From Chitinophagales bacterium (GTDB lineage Bacteria; Bacteroidota; Bacteroidia; Chitinophagales; CAJXBJ01), in contig JBELBA010000002.1 in the NCBI GenBank assembly GCA_042095635.1, positions 1 to 30,205 on the forward strand: a DNA stretch of 30,205 nt, written 5' to 3'. Each line of letters begins with the position of its first letter. Position 1 is the first letter of the stretch. A program made the translations under genes and the position numbers. Shown one piece after another: positions 1-8,119 of this stretch. The notes beneath the pieces are model-generated. The model was not told the DNA's origin. It searched no databases and saw only the letters and a list, made by a program, of their open reading frames with translations.

Positions 1-1
1 A

Positions 2-907
2 AATGAAATGAAATACCCTGTAATGATCAAAGCTACTGCTGGTGGTGGAGGTAAAGGGATGAGAATATGCTGGAACGATGAAGAACTAGCAAATGGTTTA
101 CCTATAACAAGTGCTGAAGCATTAGCTGCATTTGGAAATGGAGGGATGTATATGGAAAAGTTCGTTGAAGAACCTAGACATATAGAAATTCAAGTTGTTG
201 GTGATCAGTTTGGTAAATGTGCTCACTTATCTGAAAGGGATTGTTCTATTCAAAGAAGACATCAAAAATTAGTGGAAGAAGCACCTTCTCCATTTATGAC
301 TAAAGCCTTAAGAGAGAAAATGGGAAATGCTGCTATAAGAGCTGCTGAAGCTATTAAGTATGAAGGTGTTGGTACAGTTGAATTCTTAGTAGATAAGCAT
401 AGGAATTTCTACTTCATGGAAATGAATACTAGAATTCAAGTGGAGCATCCGGTTACTGAGGAAGTTATTCATTATGACTTAATCAAAGAACAAATTAAAA
501 TTGCTGCTGGAATTCCAATTTCAGGAAAAAATTATACGCCTACATTACACGCTATAGAATGTAGAATCAATGCTGAAGATCCATTTAATGACTTTAGACC
601 TTGTCCAGGAAAAATCACCAATCTATATGTGCCAGGTGGTCATGGAATAAGAATTGATTCTCATATCTATTCTGGATATACCATTTCACCTTATTATGAT
701 TCTATGATTGCTAAGGTGATCAGTATCGCTCAAACAAGAGACGAAGCTATTAAAACAATGGAAAGAGCCTTAAGTGAATTTGTAATTGAAGGAGTTAAAA
801 CAACTATTCCTTTCCACTTACAAGTACTTAAAAATAAGAACTTTAAGGAAGGAAACTTTACAACACACTTTATCGAATCTGATGATTTTGATTTAGTTGA
901 AGAATAA
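2..907 (+). CDS. accC: Acetyl-CoA carboxylase biotin carboxylase subunit, 5'-truncated by the window edge
   Basis: ATP-grasp motifs [51 protein letters not shown] and YYDSMIAK. The frame is open from base 2, so the ATG at 8 is internal. Confidence 0.97.
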   Translation, partial: NEMKYPVMIKATAGGGGKGMRICWNDEELANGLPITSAEALAAFGNGGMYMEKFVEEPRHIEIQVVGDQFGKCAHLSERDCSIQRRHQKLVEEAPSPFMTKALREKMGNAAIRAAEAIKYEGVGTVEFLVDKHRNFYFMEMNTRIQVEHPVTEEVIHYDLIKEQIKIAAGIPISGKNYTPTLHAIECRINAEDPFNDFRPCPGKITNLYVPGGHGIRIDSHIYSGYTISPYYDSMIAKVISIAQTRDEAIKTMERALSEFVIEGVKTTIPFHLQVLKNKNFKEGNFTTHFIESDDFDLVEE

Positions 908-937
908 AAAAAGCCCCTCATTGAGGGGCTTTTTTTT
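906..937. terminator. Bidirectional intrinsic terminator between convergent accC and the SprT gene
   Basis: A7-GCCCCTC-ATT-GAGGGGC-T8: a perfect 7-bp GC-rich stem with an A tract and a T tract, overlapping both stop codons. Confidence 0.92.
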
Positions 938-1526
938 ATCTTATAATTTTTGCTTCGGCGGTTCTACTAACATAATACAATCTACCGTTTCTAATATTCT
1001 CGCACTTATACCTAGTTCTAAGTTTTTCCTTTTTGATAAACTGCTCCCCTGTTTTTAGTTGAAAAACTAGACCGTCATCAATATCATCAACGAGCATATA
1101 TCCATCGCTATTATCATCATATTTAATCAAAACCTTCCTCAATTCAATATCTCTAACACTTGATGCTTTAGGATTCTTCATATGCCTCATTAATGCAATC
1201 TTAATATCATCCGGAAAAGATTCGGTCCGTAAAGGATAATACATTAAAGCTATGAAGCTATCTTTCCATTCTTGTCCATGAGGCTTGATATTAGAAGAAA
1301 AGACCTTAAAAGCCTTTAAATGAGCTAATTCATGTATTAATGTAATAGCAAATGAATATGAATTAAGCGAGTCGTTAATACTAATGATGTGTCCCTTTCT
1401 AGGATTAAAATGATAATCTCCTAATTTAGAAGTACGATCTCCAGCGATAATTAAATAGACTTTTTCCTGAGCAAGTACAGAACAAATAAATGAAAGTATA
1501 GGAGCTGGTAGATAGTCTTTTAGCAT
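936..1526 (-). CDS. SprT-like family zinc metalloprotease
   Basis: RTSKLGDY, TLIHELAHL (HExxH) and KPHGQEWK are typical of SprT proteins. I prefer the start at 1526 (MLKDYLP); the ORF-track start at 1592 overlaps the upstream small gene by 32 nt. Confidence 0.85.
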   Translation of the reverse strand: MLKDYLPAPILSFICSVLAQEKVYLIIAGDRTSKLGDYHFNPRKGHIISINDSLNSYSFAITLIHELAHLKAFKVFSSNIKPHGQEWKDSFIALMYYPLRTESFPDDIKIALMRHMKNPKASSVRDIELRKVLIKYDDNSDGYMLVDDIDDGLVFQLKTGEQFIKKEKLRTRYKCENIRNGRLYYVSRTAEAKIIR

Positions 1527-1560
1527 CTTCTCATAAGATACTTTTAACTTAAGCAAAGCA

Positions 1561-1755
1561 CTATGACTTATGGATAAATCCTTTAAGGACATAATAAAGT
1601 GAAATCATGAGAAAAACCAAGGTAAATACTAGAGTAAAATACTTTTCTTCAACTTGATATTTTTCATCTAAGTATTGACCAATAAATACACCAATGGCTA
1701 TTATCGCCATCATCTGAAATGCTAACCCTGAATATTTTGCAAACTGATTAATAAT
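1561..1755 (-). CDS. AtpZ/AtpI-family (ATPase gene 1-like) small 2-TM membrane protein, absent from the ORF track; start codon uncertain
   Basis: Manual translation: IINQFAKYSGLAFQMMAIIAIGVFIGQYLDEKYQVEEKYFTLVFTLVFLMISLYYVLKGFIHKS*. The KYSGLAFQM..G...G.YLD pattern with two hydrophobic helices matches Bacteroidota AtpZ/AtpI proteins, which often follow bactofilin genes. Candidate starts: ATT at 1755 or 1752, or ATG at 1713. Confidence 0.8.
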   Translation of the reverse strand: MINQFAKYSGLAFQMMAIIAIGVFIGQYLDEKYQVEEKYFTLVFTLVFLMISLYYVLKGFIHKS

Positions 1756-1758
1756 TGA

Positions 1759-2193
1759 TTATTCCTGAGCAGCTAATTCGAAAACTTTGTCTTGCTCTAT
1801 TTCTTTGATAAGCGCACCCATTCTGCAGTTACCGTTAAATTTAGCTCCAGCTTCAACAACAAACTTGTTAGTTGCAATATCACCTTCTACTTGAGAAGTT
1901 GATTTTAATACTAACAATTCCATTACTGTAACTTTACCTGTAATCTCTCCTTCAATATCCGCATTCTGTCCTACAACATCACCTTCAATTCTACCAGTAG
2001 GTCCAATAACAATTTTTGCTTTGGATTTTAAAGAACCTCTTAATACACCATCAATTCTGATGTTAGATTCTGTAGTAATAGATCCTTCTATAACAGTCTC
2101 TGCACCAATAATATTATAAATAGCATTTGCTCCTACTTTATTAGGATTAGTTACCTTTGCCCCACTCGCCTTTTTATCGTCTTTCTTAAACAT
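1759..2193 (-). CDS. Bactofilin (polymer-forming cytoskeletal protein, CcmA/BacA family)
   Basis: Beta-helix repeats IIGAETVIEGSI, IRIDGVLRGSL, IVIGPTGRIEGDV, ITGKVTV, VEGDI and VEAGAKFNGNCRM. The N-terminal MFKK resembles the bactofilin membrane-targeting peptide. Confidence 0.93.
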   Translation of the reverse strand: MFKKDDKKASGAKVTNPNKVGANAIYNIIGAETVIEGSITTESNIRIDGVLRGSLKSKAKIVIGPTGRIEGDVVGQNADIEGEITGKVTVMELLVLKSTSQVEGDIATNKFVVEAGAKFNGNCRMGALIKEIEQDKVFELAAQE

Positions 2194-2200
2194 ATCAATT

Positions 2201-3064
2201 CTATTTAAAATTTATATATTCCTCAGGGTCAACAGCATTACCTTTATGCCAAAGCTCAAAGTGTAAATGTGTCCCTGTAGAATGTGTTCCAGTATTTCCA
2301 ATAACAGCTATTGGATCTCCTGGTTGGACAAAATTACCATTTTTTCTAAGCAATTGCGAATTATGCTTGTATATAGACAGATAATCATTGTCATGTTGTA
2401 TCACTAAAACATGTCCATTTTCAATCGTCCAATCACTAAAAACGACCATTCCATTGTATATAGATTTGATAATTGATTCTTCTGCTGCAACTATATCTAT
2501 CCCAAAATGCCCCTCATCTTCATTAAAAGAAGACGAAATCATTCCTTCTATTGGCAATATAAAATGTGGAAGTTCATTTTTAGTTTCTCCCGAGAATAAC
2601 CGATACTTTATTTCTTTCTCTACTTTATCTCTAATCATTAAGTCAGATTCTGAAACATTGTCTAGGTCTACACTATCTAGTGTTACTGCTTTATTACTTT
2701 CATTGATAAAACTAGAATCTCTCCCACCAGTCATAGCAAACCTTATTCCTCTGTAGTATTGATCTGCATAACCCAATTCTCTATCTAAAGAATCTAAAGT
2801 TAGTTTCATATCAATGACTTCCTTCTTTAGTTTGATCCCTTCGTAACCTGGCAAATATTCCTTGACAGGCGTAAAAATGATTAGTGCACAAACTACTGCT
2901 ACAATCACAACAAAAATGGAGGATAAAATGAGATAAATATTTAATCTAGAAAGATTAAAAACAGCAGCCTCTTCAAAGCTATCTTCATTCATTACAACCA
3001 AACGATAACGATTGGTTAAGCCGCTTAGCCAGCGATTAATTATTGATTTATCACTTTTTTGCAT
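2201..3064 (-). CDS. Membrane-anchored M23 family peptidoglycan endopeptidase
   Basis: Short N-terminal region, one TM helix (IYLILSSIFVVIVAVVCALIIF), a helical linker, then an M23 domain with Zn motifs HFGID (HxxxD) and HLHFE (HxH), plus YKHNS and GNTG. Confidence 0.93.
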   Translation of the reverse strand: MQKSDKSIINRWLSGLTNRYRLVVMNEDSFEEAAVFNLSRLNIYLILSSIFVVIVAVVCALIIFTPVKEYLPGYEGIKLKKEVIDMKLTLDSLDRELGYADQYYRGIRFAMTGGRDSSFINESNKAVTLDSVDLDNVSESDLMIRDKVEKEIKYRLFSGETKNELPHFILPIEGMISSSFNEDEGHFGIDIVAAEESIIKSIYNGMVVFSDWTIENGHVLVIQHDNDYLSIYKHNSQLLRKNGNFVQPGDPIAVIGNTGTHSTGTHLHFELWHKGNAVDPEEYINFK

Positions 3065-3080
3065 CGCCTTATCTATTAGG

Positions 3081-3129
3081 AGCTACTTTTTTTGGCTAAA
3101 TTTAAAATAATTTTAGCTGAAAAGTAGTT
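3081..3129. promoter_or_regulatory. Back-to-back divergent promoter region forming an imperfect dyad
   Basis: TAAATTTAGC on the minus strand (3095-3104) and TAATTTTAGC on the plus strand (3108-3117) are variants of the Bacteroidota -7 element TAnnTTTG. Outer arms CTACTTTT (3083-3090) and AAAAGTAG (3120-3127). Confidence 0.45.
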
Positions 3130-3148
3130 ATTTATTAAATATTAACGC

Positions 3149-5797
3149 TTGAAGAAACTACTTTTAATCATATTGGTAGTACTTATCGGAATCCCTATTC
3201 AACTTGATGCAAAACGCAAGAAGAAGAAGAAAGGATCGTTTCTAATTGACCTGTATCACAATACAACTGCGAGATACAATGGCTATTTCTATGCTAAGCT
3301 TACAATGTCTGAATCTGAAGCACTTTTACTTGAAGGTGAACAAATAGATTTCGATAACTTCTTAGAACTTTACCCCACAGTTTCATCTACTAAAAAACAA
3401 ACTATAAGCAGTCAAATGCAGACAGTAATTGAAAAGTCTGAAAAAGTAATTTTAAAGCATAGAAAAAGTAAATGGGTAGATAATTGTAATCTATTGATTG
3501 GAAAGGCATATTTATACCTTGGAGAATACGAAGACGCAATCAATAACTTACTCTATGTAACTTCAGATTTTCATAATAAAGATGAAAGTTCTTCCAAGAA
3601 TAAGAAAAAGAAAAAGCGAAGGAGAAGGAGAAGAAAGAAGAAAAAGAAAAGAGGAAGTAATGCTGAAGAAGAAAAAACTTTAGAAGAACTATTAGCAAAA
3701 TACAAGATCTCTCATCAGCATTCTTATTATAAATCTGTACAATGGTTGATGCTTACTTTTGTGGAACAGCAAGACTTTCAAAAAGCGATGATAGTTGCGG
3801 ATCTTATCCTTAATGATGATGAATTAAGTGACAGACAAAAAACGGAAATGTATATTACACAAGCTCATATATACATAAAAAAAGGAGATATAAAGAATGC
3901 TATACTACCCTTAAAAAAAGCGATTATCTTATCTAAGAAAAGAAAAGAAAAAATCAAATTAAACTTCTTACTTGGTCAGATTTTCCTTGAAATGGAGCAA
4001 GTGACACCAGCGCTGGAATACTTTAATAAAGTATTAGATTTAAGACCTGATTATGAATATGAATTTAATGCAAAACTAAAAATTGCATCTGCTTTTCAGG
4101 AAATGTCTTCAGGTACAAATTCAAATATTAAGAAATTAGTATTTGAAATGATTGAAGATGAAAAAAATCACGATCGATTAGATCAACTTTATTACACCTT
4201 AGGTAATATTTCCATGATAGAAAATGATGCTGATGCAGCTGTAAAATATTATCATAAATCAATTGCATCCAGTATAGACAACAAACATCAGAAAGGGCTG
4301 TCTTATTTAAAAATTGGAGAACTTCAATTCTTTAAAGGGGAATACATTAATGCTGCTGAGAATTACGATAGTAGTATCATGAATATGAATAAGCAATATA
4401 AGGACTACCAGGATGTTTATCGTTTGCAAACTCAATTAGACCGAATTAAGAATAATATTGAAAATATTGCTTTCCAAGATTCAATACAGGAATTAGCGAC
4501 TTTATCCGAAGATGTAATTATGGAATTGATTAATGAAAGAATTGAAGCAAGAAAAGAAAAAATAGAAAGAGAACAGCAAGAGCAATTAGCTAGACTAAAT
4601 GCTCAATCTCAAAAAAGTACCGATACTAGACCTAATAGACGAAACAGAAATGCCGAATGGTATTTTTATAATGAGAATACAAAAGAAATTGGACATCAAA
4701 CATTCTTAAGATCTTGGGGAAGTAGAAAGCTAGAAGACAATTGGAGAAGGAAAAGCAAGGATGATAATCTAGAACAAGATGATGATGATACTAAAGTAGT
4801 GAAGAAAGATGAAAGTCAACTTTTAGACCCAGCTTATTATCTTAATCAAATTCCTAATACTGATGATAAATTATCTAGTTCTAATTTATCTATAAGAAAC
4901 AGTTTATATGAATTGGGTATTAGTTTTAAAGAAGACATTAAGAATAGAGATAAATCGATCTATTACTTTAAAGAGTTAATTAAAAGGTTTCCAGAAGATC
5001 CGAATATAGATGTGGTATACTTCCAATTATACCTACTTAATAAAGCCGAAGATAATAATGCAGAAGTAAAAAACATTAAAAATAGTTTATTGACAGACTA
5101 TCCTAAATCTAAGATCACTAAATATTTATTCGAACAAGTAAATCAAAAAAGTAATAAAGAAAGCAATTATGAAAATGCCTATCATGCTTTTAATAGTCAA
5201 AAATATGAAGTGTGTATTAGTGCTTGTAATAGTGGTCTAAGCGATGATAATAAAAGTGAATTTAAAGTTAAATACTTGTTCTTAAAAGCTAAGTCTTTTG
5301 GTTATTTAAATAGACAAGATAGCATGATTAATTACCTTCAGCAAATCGTTAAAGAGTTTCCAGATGATCCAATTAAAAGACAAGCTGATGATATTATAGC
5401 TTTATTATCCAACTCTGATTTATTCAATAACCAGACTTTCTTATACAGACCCACCGATAGACATTTTATTTGTGTGCTTATAAGTACAGCAGATTTTCAA
5501 AGTTCTAATTTAACGGTAGATCTATCAGGGTTTAATAAAAGAGTGTTTAAAAGAAAAAGCTATCAGTTGATTAATATTGAATTTGAAGACCAAAAAATGA
5601 TCATTGTAAAGAGCTTTGATGGTATTAAAGATTCCAAAGCTTACATAAAGGCCTTAAAAAAGGACAATACCACTAAAAAGTTGTTGAAGAAAATGAAACA
5701 CGAGTTGTTTACAATTGGTAAAAATAATTATGGTGTACTAATGGACACCAAGAACTTAGTAGGCTATTTAGAATTCTACACAGAATATTACAATTAG
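3149..5797 (+). CDS. sprE: T9SS/gliding motility TPR protein SprE/PorW
   Basis: YHNTTARYNGYF, SKWVDNCNLLIGKAYLY, several TPR-like helices, and WYFYN...FLRSWGSRKLEDNWRR, characteristic of PorW/SprE. TTG start and N-terminal signal peptide. Confidence 0.82.
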   Translation: MKKLLLIILVVLIGIPIQLDAKRKKKKKGSFLIDLYHNTTARYNGYFYAKLTMSESEALLLEGEQIDFDNFLELYPTVSSTKKQTISSQMQTVIEKSEKVILKHRKSKWVDNCNLLIGKAYLYLGEYEDAINNLLYVTSDFHNKDESSSKNKKKKKRRRRRRKKKKKRGSNAEEEKTLEELLAKYKISHQHSYYKSVQWLMLTFVEQQDFQKAMIVADLILNDDELSDRQKTEMYITQAHIYIKKGDIKNAILPLKKAIILSKKRKEKIKLNFLLGQIFLEMEQVTPALEYFNKVLDLRPDYEYEFNAKLKIASAFQEMSSGTNSNIKKLVFEMIEDEKNHDRLDQLYYTLGNISMIENDADAAVKYYHKSIASSIDNKHQKGLSYLKIGELQFFKGEYINAAENYDSSIMNMNKQYKDYQDVYRLQTQLDRIKNNIENIAFQDSIQELATLSEDVIMELINERIEARKEKIEREQQEQLARLNAQSQKSTDTRPNRRNRNAEWYFYNENTKEIGHQTFLRSWGSRKLEDNWRRKSKDDNLEQDDDDTKVVKKDESQLLDPAYYLNQIPNTDDKLSSSNLSIRNSLYELGISFKEDIKNRDKSIYYFKELIKRFPEDPNIDVVYFQLYLLNKAEDNNAEVKNIKNSLLTDYPKSKITKYLFEQVNQKSNKESNYENAYHAFNSQKYEVCISACNSGLSDDNKSEFKVKYLFLKAKSFGYLNRQDSMINYLQQIVKEFPDDPIKRQADDIIALLSNSDLFNNQTFLYRPTDRHFICVLISTADFQSSNLTVDLSGFNKRVFKRKSYQLINIEFEDQKMIIVKSFDGIKDSKAYIKALKKDNTTKKLLKKMKHELFTIGKNNYGVLMDTKNLVGYLEFYTEYYN

Positions 5798-8119
5798 ATG
5801 AAGGAACAACCAACAGCAAACATAAAGAAAAAATACATCAAGGTTATCTTGTTTTCTTGGATCATCTTCTCTTTAGGCATATCAAGTATTTCGATATTGC
5901 TTTATCAAATTTCAATCGATAAACTTGGTCAGCTTCCTACCTTTGAAGAACTAGAAAATCCTAAGAATTTTTTAGCATCTGAAGTCTTAACTGCAGATGG
6001 TTATTTATTAGGTAAATACTATAAGCATAATAGATCTCCGATTCCTTATGAACAACTAAGTCCACATTTAACTCATGCCTTAATAGCAACAGAGGACGCA
6101 AGATATAGAGACCATGCTGGTATCGATATTAATAGATTAATAACTGCTACTATGTTTCTAGGAAAACGAGGTGGAGGTAGTACGATAACTCAGCAATTAG
6201 CAAAAAATCTATTTCATAAAAAGCGGCTAAGTACATTTAAACGAATTTTACAAAAACTAAAAGAATGGATAATTGCTGCGAGGCTAGAAAGAAACTACAC
6301 CAAAAATGAAATTATCACCATGTATTTCAATACGGTTGAATATACTGGTAACGCCTTTGGTATTAAGTCTGCAACAAAAACCTTCTTTGACAAACATCCT
6401 AGTCAATTAAAATTAGAAGAAGCTGCTGTCTTAGTGGGTATGCTTAAAGCCACATCCTTATATAATCCAAATAGGAATCCAGAAAAATCTAAGATTAGAA
6501 GAAATGTTGTAATGAAGCAAATGACAAAATTTGGAGATCTTCCAGAGAGTCAATATGATTCCTTAAAAATGCTAGACCTTGCCATCAATTATCATCAAGC
6601 TAACCATAATGAAGGTCTTGCTCCTTATTTTAGAGAGAAATTAAGAAAGTTCTTAAAGCAATGGGCCTCAAAAAATAATAAACCAGATGGTACACCCTAC
6701 AATATCTACAAAGATGGATTAAAGATTGTAACTACTATTGATGCTAGAATGCAAAGGTATGCGGAAGAATCTGTTTCAGAGCACATGACAGAACTTCAAG
6801 CAAGTTTTGACAAACACTGGGAAAATGTGAAAAATGCTCCATTCGATAAGGCATTAGATGAAAAATCAATTAAAAATATCATCTGGGCTGGTGTAAGAAA
6901 ATCAGAGCGATATAGAAGAATGAAGTATGATCAGAAACTTTCTATGGACACTATAAAGCTTGTATTTAATACGCCAGTTAGAACTAAATTATTTGCTTGG
7001 GATAGTATTATAGATACTGTTATTGCACCGATTGATTCTGTAAGGTTTGCCAAACAAATATTACATTCTGGTTTTATGTCCATGGAAGCTGGGACGGGTC
7101 ATATTAAAGCATGGGTTGGAGGAGTCAATCACTATCACTTTAAATATGATCATGTAAAACATGGTAAAAGACAAGTAGGATCTACCTTTAAACCATTTGT
7201 ATATACTGTTGCTTTGGATAATGGAGTCTCACCGTGTATTTCTGTACCGGACCAAGCTTATCGATTTGTAGATGATTTAGGTAAAGAGTGGATTCCTAAA
7301 AACTCTGGTGGCAAATATTCTGGAGAACTATTGACTCTAAAATACGGACTTGCAGGGTCAATTAATGCTATAGCTGCATGGGTAATGAAAGAATTTGGGC
7401 CTAAACCTGTTGTTGAATTAGCAAAAAGAATGGGTATTACTTCACCTATTAAACCTTATCCTTCTATTTGCCTAGGTACATTTGATATTTCACTTTATGA
7501 AATGGTTGGCGCTTACGGTACTTTCCCAAATAAAGGAATTTGGATTGAACCTATATTCATTTCTAGAATAGAAGATAAAGGTGGTAATATTGTTGCGGAG
7601 TTTAGTCCGAAAAGAACAGAGGCAATATCCGAGCAAACTGCTTATGGAATGGTGCAAATGATGCAAGGAGCTGTTAACGGGGTACACCACCCCAACGAAG
7701 ACGAAAATGATGTTTTACCAGATTGGGGAGTAGGTACTGGTAGAAGATTAAAATCAAGATATCATCCTTACCAATTAGAAGGTCAAATCTGTGGTAAAAC
7801 AGGAACGACTCAAAATCATTCTGATGGATGGTTTTTAGGCTATACACCAGAATTAGTAAATGGAGTATGGGTTGGTGCCGAAGACAGAGCGGTTCACTTT
7901 AGAAATATATCACAAGGGCAAGCAGCATCTATGGCACTGCCTATTTGGGGAAAATACATGAAGAAAATCTATGAAGACTCTACGCTTACTTATTCTCCTG
8001 AAGTTAAATTTGAACCACCTTCTGAAAGAATCACTATTGATTTAGATTGTGAAGATAACATTATCAAGAATACAGGTAAGAGTATATTAGATGATGGCAA
8101 CATAGATAATCAACTATGA
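5798..8119 (+). CDS. mrcA: Class A penicillin-binding protein 1A (transglycosylase/transpeptidase)
   Basis: N-terminal TM; GT51 motifs ATEDARY, GGSTITQQLAKN and KLKEW; transpeptidase motifs SxxK (GSTFK), SxN (SIN) and KTG (GKTGTT). Confidence 0.93.
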   Translation: MKEQPTANIKKKYIKVILFSWIIFSLGISSISILLYQISIDKLGQLPTFEELENPKNFLASEVLTADGYLLGKYYKHNRSPIPYEQLSPHLTHALIATEDARYRDHAGIDINRLITATMFLGKRGGGSTITQQLAKNLFHKKRLSTFKRILQKLKEWIIAARLERNYTKNEIITMYFNTVEYTGNAFGIKSATKTFFDKHPSQLKLEEAAVLVGMLKATSLYNPNRNPEKSKIRRNVVMKQMTKFGDLPESQYDSLKMLDLAINYHQANHNEGLAPYFREKLRKFLKQWASKNNKPDGTPYNIYKDGLKIVTTIDARMQRYAEESVSEHMTELQASFDKHWENVKNAPFDKALDEKSIKNIIWAGVRKSERYRRMKYDQKLSMDTIKLVFNTPVRTKLFAWDSIIDTVIAPIDSVRFAKQILHSGFMSMEAGTGHIKAWVGGVNHYHFKYDHVKHGKRQVGSTFKPFVYTVALDNGVSPCISVPDQAYRFVDDLGKEWIPKNSGGKYSGELLTLKYGLAGSINAIAAWVMKEFGPKPVVELAKRMGITSPIKPYPSICLGTFDISLYEMVGAYGTFPNKGIWIEPIFISRIEDKGGNIVAEFSPKRTEAISEQTAYGMVQMMQGAVNGVHHPNEDENDVLPDWGVGTGRRLKSRYHPYQLEGQICGKTGTTQNHSDGWFLGYTPELVNGVWVGAEDRAVHFRNISQGQAASMALPIWGKYMKKIYEDSTLTYSPEVKFEPPSERITIDLDCEDNIIKNTGKSILDDGNIDNQL

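Noticed and set aside
730-921. 63-aa minus-strand ORF
   Set aside because: Antisense to accC and starts inside the terminator hairpin; no recognisable motifs.
2388-2756. 122-aa plus-strand ORF
   Set aside because: Antisense shadow of the M23 peptidase gene.
3599-3620. Possible -1 ribosomal frameshift in the poly-Lys codons of sprE
   Set aside because: The codons alternate AAG/AAA, giving G_AAA_AAG rather than the slippery A_AAA_AAG; no obvious downstream hairpin, and the gene is intact in one frame.
7490-7690. 66-aa minus-strand ORF
   Set aside because: Antisense within the PBP1A transpeptidase domain.
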